Both the position numbers and the translations under genes were made by a program. From Antedon mediterranea (taxonomy: Eukaryota > Animalia > Echinodermata), in contig NC_092670.1 of assembly GCF_964355755.1 (NCBI RefSeq), positions 22,058,795 to 22,122,794 on the forward strand: 64,000 nucleotides of DNA, in the 5' to 3' direction. Positions within the stretch are counted from its first letter, which is position 1, and the number at the start of each line of letters is the position of its first letter. Shown piece by piece: positions 14,823 to 24,335 of the stretch. The notes below the pieces were generated by a model, which saw only the letters and a program-made list of their open reading frames with translations, was not told where the DNA came from and did no database searches.

Positions 14823-15619
14823 CTTTTCCGGTGAAATTTATGACAAGACGTGAAACACAAACATTTAACAGTGTTATACATATCATATATGCTGGTGATA
14901 GTGTGTTCGCTACCGATATTTCGGCTGTCTATTTATAGCGACCATGTTGAATTTTGGAGCGAGTCCGCCATTTTTCTCACAGAATAAATCACGTGACAAA
15001 TATATTGTTCTCATTAGCATACGGACCTCGATAAATCCAAGAAAACCCGCTTCTCTACCAAAATAAATTTCTAAAATGTAACAATAACACACTATATTAT
15101 GAGTAAAGTGATTATATGTTACAATAACTGAAAAACGTTTACACTTCGCATTTAGTTCTCTTTTAATAAATATAATTCATTCGTCTAAAAACTAGCCGAC
15201 AGTTTATGAGATACACTCTCTTATTGGCTGAGCAATGCTAAGCGTTTTTTAGCAATTCTTTTGTATCAAACTATGGTAAAGTGGGAATGTTTCTTTAGTT
15301 AGAGTTCAGTTATATGTACAAAGTGTTATGTAATACAGCTTATCTACAATTGAAGATTAATAGTTGATTCTACAATTGTTTACAACTGTACCAATTGACT
15401 CGATTTTATAAATCTTTATATTAATTCAGTTTACAATGGGCCAATCATGTTTATTGTTCAACCGAACAAATCAACGGCTGTTCAGAGCCTAGGCTGCTTA
15501 TCTGGACCGACACGTGCAAGCACATTGCACAGGGCCGGCGACGGGGAATGAGCTAGTTTTAGCGTACTAGTACTTTATTTTTTTAGCTAAGCCAAGATTG
15601 CATACTGAAAAACTCGAAA
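14823..15619. promoter_or_regulatory. Probable bidirectional promoter region between BPTF and AIMP2
   Basis: Divergent start codons lie about 800 bp apart. YY1-like CCGCCATTTT at 14965-14974, E-box TCACGTGA at 14989-14996, and CCAAT/ATTGG near 15223, 15391 and 15441. Confidence 0.55.
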
Positions 15620-18600
15620 ATGACCATGTATCATGTTGAACCGTACTATAAATTTTCTAATTCTGATGTTGAACTTCCCAATTCAATGTACCCTCTGAAG
15701 AGTATTTATGATTTCGTGAGCGATTTTTTTTTACATTTGGCTTTGCCAGTTTTTACATTTCTAAGTAATATTAATAGTTAGGCTAGGCTAGCTCTAGGCC
15801 GCGCCTAGCTAGCTACATACAGTAGGCGGCAGGCCTAGCGGATTAGGCCAAGTTGAGCCGCCGCCAGAAAAACGTTATTTTCTATGGAACGCCAAATGCT
15901 AACTTTCGCCGGTGCTCTTTCAATTTATGTTAGGGATACCGGCGCCGATAACGATGTACATTCAAACGTTTATATATCATGGTTTTTAGTATATATATTA
16001 TTATTAAATATTATAATTATAAAGAAATAATTATGAAAATCTGGCTTGTAGATTCCAAAATATAAAACATCACCGAAAGTGATCGTTTTTAGCCAAAAAT
16101 GACGACGTAAACATGTTGCCCCTCACCGGTCAGTCTAATTACCGAAAACAACCGAAAATAACCGAAAACAACCCTAAACAACCATAAACAAACCGAAAAC
16201 AAAATAAAATAATCTAAATACCGAAAACAAATTTGTATAATATTTTTTAAATGTCGCCCTCTATTGATGGGTGTTTCTAAATCTAAGACCATAACAGAGA
16301 CAAAACCGCGCGCGCAAAAGCCAAGGAAGACCCTACGATGGTAGTGTGCACAAAATACAACTAAAAATCATGCAATCAATCAATGATAACATCGCATTTA
16401 CTTACAGAATCTATAAAAATATTTTAATTTTAGTCTTTCGATTTTTGATCCAGAAACCAGCGCATTACTCCTTACAATAATTGTGAATATGTTAATCCAT
16501 AGTATAGAAAGTAAATTGACTATGGTTAATCATGATCGATTTAATTATAGATTTTCAAAGATAATTATACAAAGATACTAGGGACTATAAAGTATACTTA
16601 AAACAAGCTCACTATAAAGGATTCACAATAAAATCTATTCAGTAAAATTACTGTAGTCGAGTAAATAACGTTTTTATCCTTAATCGCTTCAGTATTCACT
16701 TAATAAGTGACGAAAACCGGGGACGAAAACGCAAAGTTAGGTAAAATCATGCTTTGTTTTTGAAAAGACTAAAAACGAAATGGGTTTATAGATTTTGTAA
16801 GTAAATGTAATCTATTTCATTGAATTTGTATGATTTTGAGTTGTATTTTGTGCACACTACCATTTCTTAGGGTCTTCCATGACTTTTGCGCATCTGTATG
16901 GTCTTAGCTTTAGTTTAAACACCCATCAATAGAGGGCGACATTAAAAAAAATATTATACAAAATTTGTTTTCGGTATTTAGATTTTTTAAATTTTTTTTT
17001 CGGTTTGTTTTCGGTTTGTTTTCGGTTGTTTTCGGTTATTTTCGGTTGTTTTCGGTAATTAGACTGACCCCCCCTCACTCAGTCGGCAGTTGTATGAACT
17101 ACCCTAGGCCTACTCCATTTTTCGGTAAAATAATTACATAAAATCACGTTTTTTAGTAAATAGTAAAATATTTTGTGTATTAACATTTTAAAATTCAATA
17201 AAATATGATATTAAAAGATTAGTAAATAAAAAATAATATTTATTTAACCTCATTCGAAAAATGTTAATACTCTATTAATTAGTACGTGAGGCCTACACGC
17301 GAGAAAAATTATGAGTGCACTGAATTTTTTCCTCGAAAGATTAAAAACAATTAAATTATTAAATATTACTACTTTCCTTTGCTGTGTTAATTGTAATAGG
17401 CCTATGTAATTATATATTATTTATTTTCATGACACAATAAACCAAGACCATGAACTTATGTACTAGGACACCATCCTAATCACTACGCGAAATGTCGTAA
17501 AAGACGCATGCACTGGGCGTTTCATAGAAATCACCGGCGGCTCAACTTGTCGGCGGCACAACCAGTCATATCCCGGCCTATTGAGTACAAATGGCAATGC
17601 AGTTCAGCGGGTCCTTTTGGTACCCATGTCGGTCAGACTTTGCTAAGGGTGTTAAATTTCATTTGGTAGTTTAATTTAGTGTTATTTAGTATAAGTAGGC
17701 TATGCGTTTGTAGTAACTAATATATAAAATACCCTGTATTAATAATAAGTATAGGTAGGCCTATTTGTCTATTTTACTTAAAAAATTAAATTATGCAAAA
17801 ATCAAGTTTTGACATGTCATGTTCAAATACTGTATAAAATTGAAAAATTGCCTTATTATAATAAAATAGTAGACAGTACAGGCCTACCTACTAGGCCTAG
17901 TAGTAGTACTGCTGACATAACAATAATAATACAGTACTAATCTATATAGATAGCAATATACTATACGCTATAAATTAAGCCTAGATAATTATTAAAACAA
18001 CCAAAAACTAAATTTAAAAATCTAATAAATACCAAAAACAAATTTGTATAATTACGCTACTGATGGGTGTTTCTAAGCTAAGACCATGCAGAGAGAGAGA
18101 AGACTGCCGCAAAGCCAAGGAAGACCCTACGAAATGGTAGCGTGCACAAAATACAACTCTAAATTGTACAAACTCAATAACACCGTACACTTACAGAAGC
18201 TATAAATACATTTCGTTTTTAGTCTTTCTATTTTCAAAAACAAAGCAGGATTTTATCTATAACATTTCGTCACTTTTTTTTTTTTTTTAACCGTATTTAA
18301 TGAGGGTGATCCATCCAGCAATTGCTGATCATTTGGGACCCTCAGAACAGATACAATATACAAAATACAGCAAAAACAGAAAAGTAAAAGAAAAACAAAA
18401 ACCAAAAAAACAAAAACCAAAATATAATTAATTACATAAAGATTAAAAATCTGAATAAGAAAATTTGAAATATAGAAAATAACTGAAATGTTAAATTAAG
18501 CAAAAATATATAATATATATAATATAAATCGTGGTGAATTTAACGCAGACCATGAAAGCGAAAGTGCTCGATACAAAATGTAGAGCCAAATATAAATAAA

Positions 18601-21600
18601 TGAAAGACGCTAGTAAATTACCAACTGAACATTTTATTGCACTACAGGCTGTTTCATGAGTATGAACTCAATCTTCAGGTGCTTGGCTCTGAATGATAGT
18701 CACAAGTGAATACAAAAAGCTATAATGAAGTCTTAAGGCAAACTGTTTATGTGAACAATAGTATGCTAATTAGCAAGTACAACACATCTCTATTTCCTGG
18801 ACTGTCTATTGTTAACCAAATTCTTATTATCTAAATTACTGATACTTTAGTAGAAACTTTCTCCTATGTCTACATGCACTGACTAATTAGACATAGGAGA
18901 AAGTTTCTACTAAAGTATCATTAATTTAGATAATAAGAATTTGGTTAACAATAGACAGTCCAGGAAATAGAGATGTGTTGTACTTGCTAATTAGCATACT
19001 ATTGTTCACATAAACAGTTTGCCTTAAGACTTCATTATAGCTTTTTGTATTCACTTGTGACTATCATTCAGAGCCAAGCACCTGAAGATTGAGCTCATAC
19101 TCATGAAACAGCCTGTAGTGCAATAAAATGTTCAGTTGGTAATTTACTAGCGTCTTTCATTTATTTAATATATATAATAAAAATTTATTTAGATCTACTA
19201 TTTTACAATTTAAATTCTGGAAAAGGATTACATAGTTTTGAGAAAAGTCATAAGTCTAGTTTTGAAAGAGGAAAAGGATAAGGAATTGCGGATAGTTAGA
19301 GGAAGATCATTGTAGAAATGAGGGGCCTTGTAGCTGAAGGAGAGTTTGAAAATTTCAAGAAAGGGTTTAGGAATGTGAAGATTTCCTTTAGAGATTTGAC
19401 GAGTAGTCATCCTCCCATTGGCAATAACTTTAGTGAGGAGATGGCATAAGCCTTGAGGAGCAAGAAGATTTAGGGTTTTGAAAGTAAGACAACCAAGTTG
19501 GTAGTGGAGTCTTTTCTGAAGAGGAATGGTATGGGCAAGTCTAAAGTGATCATCAGAGAGGTGTGACATAGGATGAAGTTTGAGAATAATACGTAAAGCT
19601 CTTTTTTTGGATTTTTTGTAGTTGTTTACTAGAGAGGTTAGTATTAGAGTTAGAACCCCAGACTGAGCAGCAGTAATCAAAGGGCGAAAGAAATAAAGCA
19701 TTACAGAGGAGAAGACATGTCGACTTGAGTTAATAATGTACGGCGAGCATGTGCGGTGATATCCTTAATCTCGCGATTGTTCTGAAATCATATGTACATC
19801 CCTAATATGTTGTTAAAATATTGTCCTCGGTCAAGTTGTTCTTTAAATTGATCATGATTAACGTATTCACGTCGGTACAAGGTGAAATTGACAAAAAAAA
19901 ATTAGATATCAATCAGTAGGAAAAATGGCGAAATTTTTCCTACTTTCTAGGATTTTTTTCAGATAATCTATATTGTTTTGATTACTTTTGTAACAGGACC
20001 ACAGTGCTAATTTTCCCTCTAACTGATATAGGTACAGTATTTAGATATTTTTGTTTCAGTAATTGGACTGACCCATAGATAGTAATAGTATATACTGTAT
20101 TTTTCTATAGGGTGAAGGGGAAGAAAATTCAACATTGGTGGAACTTGAAAGGAGGCAGGAACGAATCCTTCAGGAATTGAACTTATTAAAAAACGAAGTT
20201 GAAACATTGTCTGCTCGATATGCACCAAAAAGTGGAAGCCGTCAAGTGGCAAGAGTTTCAACAGCAAATACAAATTGGTTAAAGGTTAAAGACATTTTTA
20301 TTTTGTTAAAAACCTTAATAAAGAAATGGTTGACAGAATCAATGCTAGTAATTAATAAATGAAACCGGGACATACCTTTGACTCACCATCCTTACATAGT
20401 ATTAGTCTTAGTTTACTCACCATTGTCTCGAAGAATAATTGTTTGTTTTTTGGATAGTGGTTGCCCAATAATTATGGCCAATACATGACTGTCGGCTGGT
20501 TGAATGATCTCTTTAATCAAGCCTATCTTTTGTACTGAAAATTAAATTTTAATAGGACATTTTATTTTTTTTTAATAGTATATGTTTGTTTTGACTGGGA
20601 GTATTGTATAAAAATCTTTTTCCCCCATGAACCTAAGCTTTTTGTGTGAAAGATTATATTGATTATTTTGTCTTTAAAAAAGAATTGATTTGTTTTCTTT
20701 TGCAGAATGGAGTAGTTCATGATATTGTTATCAATGCGAATCCTAATCAACCTCCACACTCGCTGTTCGTACTTTACAAGCTGCTCAGTGAACAGTGTAC
20801 ATGTGCTGTAGCAGTCCATACTCACTCGTCTATTAAAGTTTTGCCATTTCAACTGAGCGAGTGCTTTGGAGAGTGTACTACCAAGAGGAATAAAGCTCAA
20901 ATTATGCTGACACTTATATGGAAAGATGGTAAGAAATTAATTTTTAAGTAAAACTAATAAATGAACACTTTGCTGTTATGATGATAATTATGATATGACA
21001 TTGCTTGCGATACAAAAGCGCAACACTGTGGATCGTTAAGCAGCACATTACTACTACATTCTATATTTTTTTATGCCGACTTGACCTGTGTTAAAATTCC
21101 AATTCAAAATGCGAGAATTTAGTACAGAATTAAGTCTAGTAGTATGTTGATTGCTTAGTTATAGCATGCACTAATCATAAAAATATGTTTGTTATAACAA
21201 AGAAAGACAGTTAAAAATTATGAGGCTGACTAGCTCTAATTTGAAACAGGGAAGTTTTTAGTAGTAAAAAATAATTTGATTTTTAGTTTTGTACTTTAGT
21301 TTCAGCACACACATCCAACAAGCCAGCAAGCAAAATACTATACCATTCTTTGCAATTTAATTGGTTATATGGTAATAAATTATGGTGCTGCCAGAATGAA
21401 ATCATACTGCATCGACATGATCCTACAGTATTATTAGAGTAACTTATGAATTACTGCAATACTTCTTTAATTACCTCCGCCTAGGAGGTTATGTTTTCAC
21501 TCGGTATGTTTGTGTGTATTTGTGAACCGCCTAGATGTCACAGTTTTTAATAAAATTTCACCATTGGCCACAATATGGTCTATGACCCAAAACCTCGCTG

Positions 21601-22067
21601 GAGTTCGATATTGATATTTTTTCAACATATAAGGATAACAGTTTAACAAAACAAACATTTTTTCATTTTTTTTTTCAGTGACAAGGGTCGAGATGGTTAT
21701 TAATCCAAATTCGCAGACACCAATCCAAGGGGAAGCAAATGTAGGCCGTTACCTTGCTCGTTTGTTGAACCCAGCCTACGATGCAGATGACATCATACGA
21801 GCAACAGAAATCGACAACTGGATCGATCTCGCTACAAATTCGTTCCTCAATGGTAGCTCTCGTGACCGTACCGCTGCGATCAAGACCCTAAACTCGCATC
21901 TCGGCAAACAAGACTGGCTGATGGGTGACGAGGTATCATTAGCGGATATAATGATGTGGAGTATGTTACATCAATCGGGGCAAGAGGTTGAAAATGCAAA
22001 TATCCAGAAATGGAACAAAGCATGTGGCGTACACCCGTTGTTTGATAAAGCTCAGGGATTGTTATAG
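15620..22067 (+). CDS. AIMP2: Aminoacyl-tRNA synthetase complex-interacting multifunctional protein 2 (p38), about 293 aa
   Basis: Exons 15620-15715, 20111-20284, 20706-20928, 21679-22067 total 882 nt in frame. N-terminal MYHVEPY...VELPNSMY (LysRS-binding motif), leucine zipper ELERRQERILQEL, thioredoxin-like DIVINANP/LTLIWKD, and GST-C-like PIQGEANVGRYLARL. Confidence 0.93.
15846..17552. mobile_element. Old non-autonomous DNA element (Harbinger-like termini) hosting the 16127-17070 MITE
   Basis: The left end TTA|GGCCAAGTTGAGCCGCCG...TTTCTATGGAACGCC is an inverted match to the right end GGCGTTTCATAGAAA...CGGCGGCTCAACTTGTC. The right TSD is not clear. Confidence 0.45.
16127..17070. mobile_element. 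Foldback/MITE of about 0.94 kb with long imperfect TIRs and 8-bp TSD
   Basis: GGTCAGTCTAATTACCGAAAACAACCG... at 16128 is inverted at ...CGGTAATTAGACTGACC 17069, with about 280 bp of inverted similarity. CCCCTCAC flanks both sides (16119-16126, 17071-17078). Related partial copies lie at about 17990-18273 and about 19843-19870. Confidence 0.8.
18639..18682 (-). ncRNA. Minimal type I hammerhead ribozyme motif (mirror copy)
   Basis: The reverse complement reads GCACCTGAAGATTGAGTTCATACTCATGAAACAGCCTGTAGTGC. It differs from the + copy only in the stem II loop. Confidence 0.75.
19078..19121 (+). ncRNA. Minimal type I hammerhead ribozyme motif
   Basis: GCAC (stem I) CTGAAGA (core) T-TGAG-CTCATA-CTCA-T (stem II) GAAA CAG-C-CTG (stem III) TA GTGC (stem I). 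Predicted GUA cleavage after 19117. Confidence 0.75.
21470..21600 (+). mobile_element. Helentron/HINE-like 5' fragment
   Basis: TTACCTCCGCCTAGGAGGTTATGTTTTCACTCGGTATGTTTGTGTGT: a short hairpin followed by a GT-rich microsatellite-like stretch, as in DINE/HINE heads. Confidence 0.4.
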
Positions 22068-23783
22068 TTAATAATAGATATATCCTAATTTGGACTTAGA
22101 TTGTATCAATTATATTTAATTAATACTGCTTAAAACTGTAGACCTTTTTTTTTTTACTAATACTTAACCACTAATACTATAGGTAAAGTTTAGTGGCATG
22201 CAAGTAAAATTGGAATTGACAATTTAGTTGTCTGAATTGTTCTTATATTTCATAGTATACTATTAATTTATCTATAATTATGAGGTATATAAAAGAAAAA
22301 CCTTTTTTATACCTCCATGGTTAGATTATGTGTGTTATTATCATTTACGCTATAAAGTTAATACAGTACTAATATTGAAGATTCAAAACTAGGCTGTGAT
22401 TGTAAATGATTGACATGTTGCAATAAGATAGTCTTATAGGTTAAAGAAACTGCACTATTATCCTGCTATCTTAATGCATTGAGTGTGGTTAGGAGTTGAT
22501 AATTAATATGGTGTAAAATCTAGTGTGCAGTACAGCTATTAAAATGAAGTGGAAATCTGTGTTATCATTTTTGTCTTTGTGCATAAAGAATAATGGAAAA
22601 TATTCAACTGGAACAAATACAAGAAACTGAAACAATGAAAAGTATTCCAAGTAAACCTTGTATAAGTTTCTTATACTACATAATAGGTTTTCTCTTCACA
22701 TCAATGCTTTATTAAAGTTGCAATTTAAACTTAGATTAAGGTCTAAACAGCATCTTTAGTTTAAAATAACATGACTAATAAATCCACTTAGATAAAGCCA
22801 GAATACAAATCCTGTAATGTAATAAAATACATTAAAACAATTTAAAATAGCTGCCATTTTCTATATACGTATCAAGTTATCTTTTAGTACTGAAAACATG
22901 TAATGAAAAAGTTGCATTCACAATACTCGCCCTTACTGATGCTTTTATATTACAGTATTAAAATATGTTAAATAATATTTACCTGTATGTCAACATTTCA
23001 TATACCTTGCGTTATATGAAAACAAGTATTCTAAACACAATAGCTAATACACAGCATATGCCTAACATTAACAAACATAGGATTAATATTTATAATGCAC
23101 CGAAGTGTATTCTTACAATGTGATTGATCTTTCAAGTTATGAAATATCTTATAAATGCATTCGTTTGTTTGGTCTATAGTACCAGAATTACCACTTAAGC
23201 CACCACTGGTCTGTTTTCTGTCTAAAACTAGTACAGTATAGTCACAGCAATACAATCTTCAATAACAATAATATATTCATAGATAATAATATATAATTTA
23301 TCTGAGTGTAGTACTAGTAAAAAATACAGTAAATGAATAACCCCGGTATATTTCACACACAAAAATGCTGTTTATCCTATGCAGTAGCCTACTTCCGAAA
23401 GGAGGTCTTTAGTTTATAATAAAACAGTTTATTTTGAAGAATAAATTTATAGATTTTGAAAATTACTACCCTTCTTAGTAAAATATAATTGAAGATGATA
23501 CTAAAATAAAACAAGGCACAGACGGAAGGAAAAAACATTGGTAGGGTAATTTTTATACTATATGCTGGGATAGTCGAGGTCTTAGCACCAAAATAGTAGA
23601 CACAGAGCTACTGAAACACGAATCCATTCTGGTTAAGGGTGGTACACATATTGTTCAACAATTACACTTTACAGTACTTCAATTCATTTCACAATTTTGA
23701 CATCCCTAAATCTATAATGGAGTGTGCTCATCAGGTTGCATTGTTACAAATTAATACAATGTTTCTGAAACATTTGTTTACCC

Positions 23784-23942
23784 CTAGTCTTCTAATGGAA
23801 TATTCCTAAATAGGTACGACATGGATTCTCCGTTGTGTATCCTTCTGACGGATTCTGCAAGCATTTGGCTAACGTCAACGACCCTTAATTTGGAACATTG
23901 TAGACGATGTAATTCCTGACCAATTGTATTTGTTATGACAAT
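23784..23942 (-). CDS. PRPSAP: Alternative duplicated last exon B of PRPSAP (absent from the ORF track)
   Basis: The acceptor TTTTTTCTTTTTGTTTAG is followed by [52 protein letters not shown]. It is 159 nt and phase 0, the same length and phase as exon A. Confidence 0.9.
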   Translation of the reverse strand: MVITNTIGQELHRLQCSKLRVVDVSQMLAESVRRIHNGESMSYLFRNIPLED

Positions 23943-24335
23943 CTAAACAAAAAGAAAAAACAACAATTAAGAAAACAATAAAGTAAAGTAATAAAAACAT
24001 AACAAGTCTTGTTTCATTTAACTGAACAGACTTATGTTAAAGTACATGCTTCAGGTCTTGGCCTCAAACCTCTTCATCATGTGTTCAAATACTTTTGGTG
24101 GACAGTGATGTCAGTGTTAGGGGGTAATTCTCTTCAACCTCCCATAATTTACTCCATGTTACATATAACTTTAAACAATAGTAAATTTTCACACTCAAAT
24201 TCTTTGAAATTCTTTTTCCGAGTGAATTTTTTAAATTAATTATTTACAAATGATATCTGTTGTAAATACTACAAAACAAATCTCGCATAAAAAGACAAAG
24301 AAAGAGATTAGTTTTTAAGACACACCACAAAGTAC

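Larger units (their letters stand above)
18593..19167. mobile_element. Near-perfect palindrome (280-bp arms, 15-nt spacer), Penelope-like inverted pseudo-LTR
   Basis: Arm 18593-18872 is the reverse complement of 18888-19167, with only 2 mismatches seen by eye. Each arm carries a hammerhead motif followed by AATAAA. Confidence 0.8.
18274..19701 (-). mobile_element. 5'-truncated non-LTR retrotransposon (CR1/L2-like) 3' fragment
   Basis: ORF 19228-19701 ends in a typical post-RT C-terminal segment (PLQKRLHYQLGCLTFK...SFSYKAPHFYNDLPLTIRNSLSFSSFKTRL). The 3' end has a hairpin TGAGGGT...ACCCTCA (18301-18344) and a poly(A) tail (T15 at 18274-18288). Confidence 0.8.

Noticed and set aside
19228-19701. 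157-aa ORF as a host gene
   Set aside because: It is the C-terminal remnant of a LINE ORF2, followed by a LINE-type 3' hairpin and poly(A).
22270-22330. Further candidate footprint (GAGGTATATAAAAG...CTTTTTTATACCTCCATG); also palindromes at about 47673 and about 56363
   Set aside because: There is no clean 7-bp target duplication, so these were not counted in the footprint class.
23784-23942. Exon B as a pseudo-exon or the end of a separate PRPS gene
   Set aside because: It has an intact frame, acceptor and stop with conservative changes, carries PRPSAP-type [10 protein letters not shown], and no other upstream exon set exists between A and B.
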